From assembly GCA_031414515.1 (NCBI GenBank), contig JANNVS010000332.1, positions 1 to 46,833 of the forward strand: DNA of 46,833 nt. Reading direction: 5' to 3'. The stretch comes from Sphingobacteriales bacterium. Its GTDB lineage: Bacteria > Bacteroidota > Bacteroidia > Chitinophagales > JADIYW01. Both the position numbers and the translations under genes were made by a program. The stretch's first letter is position 1, and each line of letters starts with the position of its first letter. This document shows, in pieces, positions 37,444 through 46,347 of the stretch. The notes under the pieces are model-generated. The model was not told the DNA's origin. It made no database searches and was given only the letters and a program-made list of their open reading frames with translations.

Positions 37444-39810
37444 ATGAAGCCAAAAACAAATTTAACGTGCTATCTGCTACTTTTTAGTTTGCTTTCGTTT
37501 GCACAAACAGATTACAAATCGAGCACCAAATATAAAGATGGGTATACTTCTATATATATAACAATTCCTAAAAAAGCGACTGCCGCTTATAGTTCCACAA
37601 GTACAGAATACAGACATGGATTGCTAGTTGAAAAAACACAAAAAATCGTGTTGCCAACAAAGTATAAAAGTGTATATTATTCAAATGAAGACGGGTTATA
37701 TATTGTACAGGATACTTTAGAAAAATGGGGTTTGTATTCTGCAAAAACACAAATATTTTTACTTGAACCAACGTATAATAAAGTTGAAGTTTTTACAGAT
37801 GGCGTTGGTATTGTACAGAAAAGAATATTTAATAACGGCTGGTATGATTATTACTATGGAGCAATAGACAAAACAGGAAAATTAATTGTTGCTGATACAT
37901 TTACATATTTAGGAGTTTGCAGAGATGGTTTGATGAGTTTTAAACAAAATGGAAGATATGGCTATATGGATAAACAAGCAAATATTGTAATTCCTGCAAT
38001 GTATACAAGTGCAAAAAATTTTGCAAATGGCTTGGCGTCTGTGCAAGTAGATGAAAATTCAAAATTTGGGTATATCAACAAAGAAAATAGGTTTATAGTT
38101 GAACCTAAATATGTTGATGCAGAAAGTTTTTATGAAGGTTATGCCAGTGTGTATACTGAAAAGAAATTTTATTCGATGAAAGGTGGCAATGTAAATACTG
38201 ATAAAGTTGGTGTGATTGATACCAAAGGAAATGAAGTCATTCCGCCAATATACGAAACGGTTTCACTTAAAAGACCTGGTGGCATTTTCAAAGTAACTAA
38301 AAATGAAAAACAAGGTTTAATTGACAGTACAGGAAAAATTATTTTACCTGTAGAAAATAAAAAAATAGATGAATTCTATAGTGATATTGCTCGTGTAGAA
38401 AAAACTTCAGGTATGTTTGGATTGATTAACAAAGAAGGCAAGTGGCTGTTACCTGCTGATTATACTGAACTTTCTTCCTTGTACTCAAGCGATGGGTTTT
38501 ATGTAAAAAAAGATGGCAAATATAGTGTATATGATAAAAACATGAAAGTGATTATACCAGCAGATACCGCAAAACGTGTAGCCATCTCCAAAAAAAACAT
38601 TGCATATGTTTTTGATAATGCAATAAAAGTATTTGACATTTCTGGTAAACTAATTAAAACAATGAAACAGGAAAGCGTTGATTTGTATGGCACCAATTTT
38701 TTCAGTAACGATGATTCTTTAAAAATAGCATATTTTAAAACTATAATCTTGTACAATCTTCAAACTAAAACACACCAAAAATTAATTGCGGATGATGTTG
38801 CAGATTTTAATGAAGAAGGAATTTTTCTAGTTAAGTTGAACTCTAAATATATCTTTCATGATTACACAGGAAAAAAATTGTATGCTAAATCTTTTGAAAA
38901 TGCAATAAATTTTTCAGAAGGTATTTGTGCGTTACAAGAAAACTCTTACAGTAAACCTTATCTCGCAGATAAAATGTTGGCTAAAATTACCGAATTAAGC
39001 ACTGTTTTTTACGGACCTTATTCTGAAGGTTTGGCAATGACTAAAAGTCAATATGGTGGAACGATTTATTATTTAAACAAACAAGGAAAAGAACAGTTTT
39101 CTGTGTATGGTACAGAAGGCAGTGCTTGTAAAAACAACAGAATCAAAATTAAAAACAGTTATGGAAAGTTTTTCTTTGTCAACAAAAGTGGCAACAGAAT
39201 TAACAGCAGTACTTATGATGATTTAGGAGATTTTTGTGATGGATTAGCTGGGTTTAAGGACAATAAAAAAGGTGGTTATATTGATACGTCAGGGAACGTT
39301 GCAATAGCAGCAATATATGATGAAGTAAGCAATTTTACAAACAGTACAGCAATGGTGAAACAAAATAATTTGTATTTCCAAATAGATATAAAAGGCAATG
39401 CAATCAATGATGCTAAATATACAGGTGTTTCAAATCCTGCAAACGGTAGCTTTCCAGTTAAAAAAGAAAATAAATTTGGATTGATTGACAGTAAAGGAAA
39501 TACTATTGTTGATTTTAAATACAACGAAATAGGAACCCTATGTGATGGAATGATTTGGGCAAGAAAAGAAAAAGATGGAAAATTTATTTTGTTGAACAAA
39601 AGTGGGAATGAAATTTCTACCAACGATTATGATGCTTGCGGTAGTTTTGAGAACGACTATGCTCAGGTAACAAAAAATAACAAAGGTGGAATTATAGATA
39701 AAGCTGGTAAACTTGTTTTGCCAATAGAATATTCAAATTTAAGTAAAGTATATAAAAATACAGTTATTGTAGTGAAACCAAGTGGTGCTAAAATAATTTC
39801 AATAAAATAA
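37444..39810 (+). CDS. WG-repeat (KWG-type) secreted protein
   Basis: 788 aa with a signal peptide. More than 15 copies of a ~35-aa unit centre on [KW/F]G-[LYV]-I-[DN]-xx-G (EKWGLYS, GRYGYMDK, SKFGYINK, EKQGLIDSTGK, GMFGLINKEGKW, NKFGLIDSKGN, NKGGIIDKAGK). Confidence 0.8.
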   Translation: MKPKTNLTCYLLLFSLLSFAQTDYKSSTKYKDGYTSIYITIPKKATAAYSSTSTEYRHGLLVEKTQKIVLPTKYKSVYYSNEDGLYIVQDTLEKWGLYSAKTQIFLLEPTYNKVEVFTDGVGIVQKRIFNNGWYDYYYGAIDKTGKLIVADTFTYLGVCRDGLMSFKQNGRYGYMDKQANIVIPAMYTSAKNFANGLASVQVDENSKFGYINKENRFIVEPKYVDAESFYEGYASVYTEKKFYSMKGGNVNTDKVGVIDTKGNEVIPPIYETVSLKRPGGIFKVTKNEKQGLIDSTGKIILPVENKKIDEFYSDIARVEKTSGMFGLINKEGKWLLPADYTELSSLYSSDGFYVKKDGKYSVYDKNMKVIIPADTAKRVAISKKNIAYVFDNAIKVFDISGKLIKTMKQESVDLYGTNFFSNDDSLKIAYFKTIILYNLQTKTHQKLIADDVADFNEEGIFLVKLNSKYIFHDYTGKKLYAKSFENAINFSEGICALQENSYSKPYLADKMLAKITELSTVFYGPYSEGLAMTKSQYGGTIYYLNKQGKEQFSVYGTEGSACKNNRIKIKNSYGKFFFVNKSGNRINSSTYDDLGDFCDGLAGFKDNKKGGYIDTSGNVAIAAIYDEVSNFTNSTAMVKQNNLYFQIDIKGNAINDAKYTGVSNPANGSFPVKKENKFGLIDSKGNTIVDFKYNEIGTLCDGMIWARKEKDGKFILLNKSGNEISTNDYDACGSFENDYAQVTKNNKGGIIDKAGKLVLPIEYSNLSKVYKNTVIVVKPSGAKIISIK

Positions 39811-39818
39811 AGCGAATA

Positions 39819-40508
39819 TTAACTCTTAACCGTTATCGCAGAATCATATTTTTGATGTATAATTTTGTCCAAAAATAAACTTGACTTATAGGCTAAAAAG
39901 GAGAAAAATGGCGCAGCTATTACATCAATCGTATAATGAACATGTTGTATCAATATAAATGCACTAATTAATAAACTTAAAAGTAATAATGCTTTTTTAA
40001 TTATTTGGTTTGGACAAATGATAAAGAACAACATTGCAGTAGAAACATGACCTGAAAAGAATAAATCTTTTACAATGTAACCACCATCTGGCGTACTCAT
40101 AAAGATAATTGTAACAGGGTCTTTTAACAATATCATTCCTAATGGTGGTTCTAGTGCAACAAAGTAAATAGAAATGGTACGCATAATAATCAACAAACAA
40201 TATCCTTGCATAGCAATGATAAATGTTTTAGGGTTTATAATAGTTGAAATAATAAACAGTCCTAATGTAATATAGGTTAATGTGAAAGTAATCATAGAGA
40301 CATCATAGGCTGGAAAATAGGATAACAAAGGATCCATTAATTGCATTCCTTTTCTAGTTTCCAGTTGCGTCATTATGATTCTACAATATTTAAATAGAAA
40401 AATATATAGCAATAATGTTATTATAATCTGGTTTCTTATTCTGCTATCAGACAGAATTTCTTTCCAGTTAGAATATACAGTATTAAAATAATTTGACACC
40501 ATTCTCAT
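39819..40508 (-). CDS. PAP2_C / sphingomyelin-synthase-like integral membrane phosphotransferase
   Basis: 229 aa with ~6 TM helices. SMS-type D3 and D4 motifs are present: KDLFFSGHVSTA (SGH at 40047-40055) and HYTIDV (39921-39938, verified codon by codon) followed by IAAPFFSFLAY. Confidence 0.7.
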   Translation of the reverse strand: MRMVSNYFNTVYSNWKEILSDSRIRNQIIITLLLYIFLFKYCRIIMTQLETRKGMQLMDPLLSYFPAYDVSMITFTLTYITLGLFIISTIINPKTFIIAMQGYCLLIIMRTISIYFVALEPPLGMILLKDPVTIIFMSTPDGGYIVKDLFFSGHVSTAMLFFIICPNQIIKKALLLLSLLISAFILIQHVHYTIDVIAAPFFSFLAYKSSLFLDKIIHQKYDSAITVKS

Positions 40509-40549
40509 TTTCTAAGGCCTAAATAAAACTATTGTGAAGAATATTCAGG

Positions 40550-40557
40550 CAAAAATA
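40550..40557 (-). promoter_or_regulatory. Candidate -7 box (TATTTTTG on the minus strand) for the PAP2_C gene
   Basis: The plus strand reads CAAAAATA. It lies 41 nt upstream of the ATG at 40508. Confidence 0.3.
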
Positions 40558-40620
40558 AAGAAATATGGTTGTAATGTGAAAATTATATGAATTTCTAATT
40601 CTTAAATTATTCTTAAAAAT

Positions 40621-42117
40621 TTAGACAAATACTTCTTGTCCATGTTTTATTGTGTTTTTTTCAAGAATATAATCACTTAATTGGATTGTCTTGGTTCTAT
40701 TTCTGAATTCCAGTGTAAAACCAGGCCAAACCGTATGATTTTTCCCATCTTCACTTAAATACCAGCTTTTGCAACCGGAAAGCCAAATAGTACCTTCTAA
40801 TTTTTTCTGAATTTCTTCGTTGAATTTTGTCTGTACTTCTTTTCTTACATCAATGGATTTAATATCTTGTCCAAGCATTTTCTGTACAGCATCTATAATA
40901 TAATTGGTTTGCGATTCAATCATGTAAATCATAGAATTATGACCTAAGCCAGTATTTGGTCCAAGCATAATAAATAAATTAGGGAATTGATTTACAGAAG
41001 TTCCATAATATGCTTCTGGTGATTCACCTAATACATCTTTTAATTGTACACCACCTTTTCCTTTTACATTGTAATACTGAAAACTATCTGCCACGTGGAA
41101 CCCAGTTCCTAAAATAATTGCATCTATTTTGCGCGATTTTCCATCGCTCGTCACAACACTATCTTCTGTAAATTCTTGAATACCATCTGTTACTACATCA
41201 ACATTTGATTGTGCTAATGAAGGATAATAATTATCGGATAACAACACACGCTTACAGCCTAATTTAAAAGTTGGTGTCAATTTTTTGCGCAAGTCAGGAT
41301 CTTTAATGTGTTTTTTGATATGGCGTTTGCCAATTACTTCACCTAGTTTTAAAATAGCATCGTTGTACATCATACCTACAACCTGAGCTTCATTCAGATA
41401 ATAAATAAAATCTCTATTGAGTTTTTGGAAAATTGGTAATTTCTCAAATAATGTATTTTCTGTTGGAGAAAATTCGTTATTTGGTTTAGGTAAAACCCAA
41501 GGCGCTGTTCGTTGCATCAGGTATAGTTTTTTTACTTTAGGCTGAATTTCTGGAACAAACTGAATGGCACTTGCGCCAGTTCCAATTACACATATATTTT
41601 TATTATTCAAATCATATTCGTGATTCCATTGTGCTGAATGAAAAATTGAACCTTTAAAATCTTTTATACCTTCAATAGTTGGTAAACTAGGAATATGTAA
41701 AGGTCCATTTCCAACAATGGCAATATTTGCTTTTAAAATTTCATTTCGCTGATTGGTAATTTCCCAAATCGCATTATTTTCATCATATTCTGCAGTTTTA
41801 ACTTCCCAGTTAAATAAAATATGTTTTCTTAAATCGTATTTTTTTACACAATGTTTTATATAGTCCAAAATTTCTTCTTGTGGAGAAAATGCTCTAGTCC
41901 AGTTTGGATTTGGTTCAAACGAGTAAGAATATAAATTTGACTTTACATCACAAGCTGCACCAGGATAAGTATTGTCGCGCCAAGTTCCGCCAACTTCATC
42001 AGCTTTTTCTACAATCGTGAAATTGTGAAATCCTATTTTCTTTAGTTGAATTGCTATGCAGATGCCAGAGAAACCTGTTCCTGAAATGATGATAGAAAAA
42101 TCTTTATTGTTTGTCAT
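40621..42117 (-). CDS. Flavin-dependent (Baeyer-Villiger-type) monooxygenase
   Basis: The ATG at 42117 gives MTNNKDFSIIISGTGFSGI, an FAD GxGxxG motif. Other blocks: GGTWRDNTYPG, the BVMO fingerprint FKGSIFHSAQWN (FxGxxxHxxxW), and a second dinucleotide motif, VIGTGASAIQ. Confidence 0.8.
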   Translation of the reverse strand: MTNNKDFSIIISGTGFSGICIAIQLKKIGFHNFTIVEKADEVGGTWRDNTYPGAACDVKSNLYSYSFEPNPNWTRAFSPQEEILDYIKHCVKKYDLRKHILFNWEVKTAEYDENNAIWEITNQRNEILKANIAIVGNGPLHIPSLPTIEGIKDFKGSIFHSAQWNHEYDLNNKNICVIGTGASAIQFVPEIQPKVKKLYLMQRTAPWVLPKPNNEFSPTENTLFEKLPIFQKLNRDFIYYLNEAQVVGMMYNDAILKLGEVIGKRHIKKHIKDPDLRKKLTPTFKLGCKRVLLSDNYYPSLAQSNVDVVTDGIQEFTEDSVVTSDGKSRKIDAIILGTGFHVADSFQYYNVKGKGGVQLKDVLGESPEAYYGTSVNQFPNLFIMLGPNTGLGHNSMIYMIESQTNYIIDAVQKMLGQDIKSIDVRKEVQTKFNEEIQKKLEGTIWLSGCKSWYLSEDGKNHTVWPGFTLEFRNRTKTIQLSDYILEKNTIKHGQEVFV

Positions 42118-42215
42118 AGTATTATTATAATGTAGTAAAGGTAGATGATACAACTGTTTTTTATCTGTACAAAAGCTAATTTATTACTAATAAATGATAA
42201 GTAATCATTAATTAA

Positions 42216-42223
42216 TATCTTTG
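42216..42223 (+). promoter_or_regulatory. Candidate -7 box (TATCTTTG) abutting the aminotransferase start
   Basis: Exact TAnnTTTG match. The ATG at 42227 follows 3 nt after the box. Confidence 0.4.
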
Positions 42224-42226
42224 TAT

Positions 42227-43420
42227 ATGCTTTCGCAACGACAACTTTTTTTACAACATATAGCACAAACAAGCGATGCACCTTTAGGTTTGGAAATTGA
42301 CCATGCGCAAGGTGTTTATTTATATGATACATCAGGTAAAAAATATATTGACTTGATTTCTGGTATTGGCGTAAGTGCATTGGGTCACTGTTATCCGAAA
42401 GTGGTAAAAGCAATACAAGAACAAGCTGCAAAATACGCACACACAATGGTGTATGGCGAGTTTGTTCAAAATCCACAAGTGCAATTAGCAAAATATGTTT
42501 GCGATTTGTTGCCATCAAATTTGAATTCCGTTTATTTTACGAATTCAGGAACAGAAGCTACTGAAGGTGCGATGAAGTTGGCTAAACGCTTTACCCAAAA
42601 AACAGAAATTATTTCCTGTTTTAATTCTTATCATGGCAGCACGCAAGGTGCTTTGAGCTTAAATGGTGATGAGTATTTTAAATCTGCTTACAGACCATTG
42701 TTGCCTGATACAAGACACATTCGTTATAATAATATTGAAGATATACATCTTATTACAACTAAAACTGCAGCTATTTTTTTAGAACCTGTGCAAGCAGAGG
42801 CTGGTGTTCTGGTTCCAGATTCAACTTATTTAAAAGCCATAAGAAAACGATGCGATGAAACAGGCACACTTTTAGTTTTTGATGAAATACAGACAGGTTG
42901 TGGCAGAACTGGAAATTTATTTAGAGTGCAATGATAAAATGTAACACCTGATATTTTATTAGTTGGAAAAGCATTTGGTGGTGGTCTACCGTTGGCTGCA
43001 TTTATTTCAAGTAATGAAATTATGCAAGTGTTGCAACATAATCCTGTACTTGGACATATTACGACATTTGGTGGAAATGCCATTTGTTGTGCAGCTGGGT
43101 TGGCATCTTTGCAAGAAATTTCAGAACAAAAATTATACGAACAAGCAGAAAAAAAAGCACAATTATTTATTCAGTTATTACAACATCATGCCATACAAAA
43201 AATAAATCATTGTGGTTTAATGATGGCTGTGTATTTAGATAATTTTGATAACTTAAGAAAAGTAATTAATGAATGTCTGGAAAATGGCTTAGTGGTTGAT
43301 TGGTTTTTGTTTGCCAATAATTGTTTGCGAATTGCACCACCATTAATTATTTCAGAAGAGGAAATTTATGCATCTTGTGAAATAATTATGAAGTCATTAA
43401 ATAAAGTTTATAAAGAATAA
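42227..43420 (+). pseudogene. Class-III (acetylornithine/ornithine-type) PLP aminotransferase interrupted by tandem in-frame stops TGA-TAA
   Basis: The track ORFs 42221-42934 and 42992-43420 are in the same frame. Reading through 42932-42937 (TGA TAA) gives one collinear ~396-aa aminotransferase: ...[45 protein letters not shown]... The PLP-lysine codon (GKA, 42968-42970) lies between the stops and the second ORF. That second ORF begins at a TTG that would be an internal Leu. Confidence 0.8.
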
Positions 43421-43423
43421 TTT

Positions 43424-43852
43424 ATGATACGTAAATCAAGATTTACAGTTTTTAGATTTATTAAAATAGTTGTATTGATTTGTGCATTGTTGACAAATGA
43501 ATCTGTAATCGCACAGGCAACAAAATTACCACAACCTGTATTTCTACAATTTATAGATTCAATTGATAGATTTGAAATTAATCATGCGACTCAGTTTAAA
43601 CATATAGATTTACCTAAAAAATATTACAATACCTTTTTAAGTTATGTAAAAGATTCAGTAGCAGTAGAACAGCCAGGCTTGGAAACTAGTGTTTATTATA
43701 GCCTTACGCTGTTTAATGACAAAATTATAAATGGCGATATTTATTGGAATGATGCTGTAAGTTATATAGTTTTTAAGGTAGATGAAAAGAAATATGTAAA
43801 TTATTATACCAAAGAAGGTGTAGCACAAATAAAAATGTTATTCAAATTATAA
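43424..43852 (+). CDS. Hypothetical secreted protein
   Basis: 142 aa with a signal peptide (IVVLICALLTNESVIAQA). No recognised motif. It lies 3 nt after the aminotransferase stop. Confidence 0.5.
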   Translation: MIRKSRFTVFRFIKIVVLICALLTNESVIAQATKLPQPVFLQFIDSIDRFEINHATQFKHIDLPKKYYNTFLSYVKDSVAVEQPGLETSVYYSLTLFNDKIINGDIYWNDAVSYIVFKVDEKKYVNYYTKEGVAQIKMLFKL

Positions 43853-43854
43853 AC

Positions 43855-45321
43855 TTGAGAAAATCATTTGTATTCAATGTCTTATTTATGGTTTTTGTCA
43901 ATTTATTGATAAAACCATTTTGGGTATTTGGTATAGACAGAACAGTACAAAATAAATTGGGCGAAAGCGAATACGGTTTATTTTTCGCCATTTTTAATTT
44001 CACTTATTTATTTCAGATTCTGTTAGATTTTGGATTTCAGAATTACAATAATCGCGAAGTTGCAGCCAATAATAAACGCATCAACGAATTGCTGCCAAGT
44101 ATTTTAGCGTTCAAAACGGTTTTATTTATTGTCTATTTGGTGTTGTGCATCTGCATTGCGTATCCGTTAGGTTATTTATCAAAATCATTTATCTGGATTA
44201 TTTTATGCAATCAAATTTTATTATCGTTCAATATTTATTTACGTTCTAATGTTTCCGCGCATCAGCATTTTATAACAGATGCATTATTGTCTGTCTTAGA
44301 TAAATTACTGATGATACTATTTTGCATGGTGTTGATTTATGGAAACTTACCTTATTTTCAATTAAGTATTTTCAATTTTGCATTAGCACAATTGGCTGCT
44401 TATATAATTACATTTGTTGTCTGTTTGTTTTTTGCTTTCAGGCTTACCACAAAACTTACATTTGATTTTTCGCGCAGTAATTTTTTACAAATTGCAAAGG
44501 AAACGTTACCGTATGCACTTATTTATTTTTTAATGACAACGTATTACAGAATTGATGGCGTAATGTTAGAAAAATTACAAGGTGCAAACGGTGCTATGGA
44601 AAGTGGTATTTATGCGCAAGGCTACAGAATTATGGAATCGCTGAATAATATTGGTTATTTATTTGCCGGAATTTTATTGCCATTATTTGCTTACAGGATT
44701 TCAAAAAATATACAAATAAAAACATTATTGAAATCAGGTTTGACCATTATGTTTTGCGTAGCGGTTTCCATTATCGTGTGTTTGTTTTGGTACAAAGAAG
44801 ACATCATGAAGTTATTATACACATCAGCAAACACAACATATTCTGCAGAAGTATTCGGTTATTTACTGTTGAATTTTTTTCCTGTTGCAATCTTATATGT
44901 TATCGGAACGCTATTAACCGCCAATCAAAATTTTAGATTGATGATTTATACGTTGATTATTGCGGTTATTCTGAATATCAGTTTAAATTTTTATTTGATC
45001 ACTAATTTTGGTGCAAAAGGCGCAGGCATTGCTACATTAATTACACAACTATTTATGCTGGTTTGCTATACTGTTTATAGTATTCGAATTTTTAAAATTA
45101 ATGTACAGATAAAATATTTATTTCAATTAATAGCATTTGCAGGAACTTGCTGTACTCTTATTTTTTTTATGCAGAAAATACAATTCTCAAGCAATACGAT
45201 GTATGATTTACTGGCGCATATTGCTGTTTACTTTCTCTTGATGCCTTTGCTTTGTTATGCAACAGGTTTAATCAATACAAATACGTTGAAGCTAAAAGTT
45301 GGCAAAGAAGAATTGCTATAA
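43855..45321 (+). CDS. Polysaccharide flippase (Wzx / MOP superfamily)
   Basis: 488 aa with a TTG start 2 nt after the preceding stop. About 12-14 TM helices are present, with the composition typical of O-antigen/EPS flippases. Confidence 0.7.
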   Translation: MRKSFVFNVLFMVFVNLLIKPFWVFGIDRTVQNKLGESEYGLFFAIFNFTYLFQILLDFGFQNYNNREVAANNKRINELLPSILAFKTVLFIVYLVLCICIAYPLGYLSKSFIWIILCNQILLSFNIYLRSNVSAHQHFITDALLSVLDKLLMILFCMVLIYGNLPYFQLSIFNFALAQLAAYIITFVVCLFFAFRLTTKLTFDFSRSNFLQIAKETLPYALIYFLMTTYYRIDGVMLEKLQGANGAMESGIYAQGYRIMESLNNIGYLFAGILLPLFAYRISKNIQIKTLLKSGLTIMFCVAVSIIVCLFWYKEDIMKLLYTSANTTYSAEVFGYLLLNFFPVAILYVIGTLLTANQNFRLMIYTLIIAVILNISLNFYLITNFGAKGAGIATLITQLFMLVCYTVYSIRIFKINVQIKYLFQLIAFAGTCCTLIFFMQKIQFSSNTMYDLLAHIAVYFLLMPLLCYATGLINTNTLKLKVGKEELL

Positions 45322-46245
45322 CGACTTTGCAATAATATGAGTGTGACTAATAGCAATATCTTTTACTGAATATTGATTGAAAGGTGGTTTTATATTTATA
45401 CTTTTCACTTCATCTTCATTTCCAGGTCTATTTAATTCTTCTAAAATAGTAAAATTATTTGCTGCATATAATTTTCTGTAATCATTGATTCGCCATCTGT
45501 TTTGTGGTTGTATCGAATTATCAATCAACTTCCATTTGCTTTCAGAATATCGCAAATAATTATAAATAGTAATGCTTTTATCTAAATGTGCGAAATGATC
45601 TGACATATCTATAAAGTGACTCATAATACCGTCTTTCTTCAGTAATCTTTTAAACTCTTTCAAAATACCATCTAAAGTTTCAGGATATACGTGTTCAAAT
45701 GTATTGTTAGAGTGAATTAAATCCATTGACGCATCTTCAAAAGATAAATGACGCGCATCCTGAACGATAAAATTAAATCCTATTGAATTCCATTTTTTTG
45801 TGAATTCAGTTTCATCTTTTATACTCATCAATTTTTTTAATTCAGATAATCTTTCTGTTTTAATTTTTGGTAAATACTGCTGAATTTTATTAGTGTTTGT
45901 CCATTCAATAAATTTCAAAATAGATTCTTTTTGTTTTTTTACAGAAGTCAGATTTTCAATATCAATAGAATAAATAGTTTTAGCGCCACACAAATACATA
46001 GAAATTGGCACAATCGGATACCAGCCAGTTCCTAATTCCAATGAAGTAAAACCTAACAAATCAGAAGAAAATTTTGAAAAATAACGAATATGATTAGACG
46101 CATGAATTAATCTATCTTCAAATAGATCATCTGTAAGCACAACGCCTTTAGTAATGTATTTCTGAAATAAATAATTGATTTTATTCTTGTAAGGTAAAAA
46201 GGAGATACTTTTCTGAATAATTGCTTTTAATATCCACTTTTTCAT
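45316..46245 (-). CDS. Class I SAM-dependent methyltransferase
   Basis: 309 aa. Motif I is SLELGTGWYPI, and DLIHSNNTFEHV and LKKDGIMSHFID blocks are present. Its stop codon overlaps the Wzx stop (CTATAA, 45316-45321). Confidence 0.7.
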   Translation of the reverse strand: MKKWILKAIIQKSISFLPYKNKINYLFQKYITKGVVLTDDLFEDRLIHASNHIRYFSKFSSDLLGFTSLELGTGWYPIVPISMYLCGAKTIYSIDIENLTSVKKQKESILKFIEWTNTNKIQQYLPKIKTERLSELKKLMSIKDETEFTKKWNSIGFNFIVQDARHLSFEDASMDLIHSNNTFEHVYPETLDGILKEFKRLLKKDGIMSHFIDMSDHFAHLDKSITIYNYLRYSESKWKLIDNSIQPQNRWRINDYRKLYAANNFTILEELNRPGNEDEVKSINIKPPFNQYSVKDIAISHTHIIAKSL

Positions 46246-46276
46246 CAGCTAAAACTACAATTTATAATACGCATTC

Positions 46277-46284
46277 CAAAAATA
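46277..46284 (-). promoter_or_regulatory. Candidate -7 box (TATTTTTG on the minus strand) for the methyltransferase
   Basis: The plus strand reads CAAAAATA. It lies 31 nt upstream of the ATG at 46245. Confidence 0.3.
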
Positions 46285-46310
46285 AATTCAATATTACATT
46301 TACACTTTAT

Positions 46311-46318
46311 TATCTTTG
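46311..46318 (+). promoter_or_regulatory. Candidate -7 box (TATCTTTG) for the Wzz-like gene
   Basis: Exact TAnnTTTG match, 29 nt upstream of the ATG at 46348. Confidence 0.4.
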
Positions 46319-46347
46319 TTACCATATTTACCAAACAGAAATTATAT

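Noticed and set aside
42932-42934. Possibility that the in-frame TGA in the aminotransferase is a recoded codon (selenocysteine or TGA-sense genetic code).
   Set aside because: The TGA is immediately followed by an in-frame TAA, which cannot be read through. All other genes in the window are intact under the standard code.
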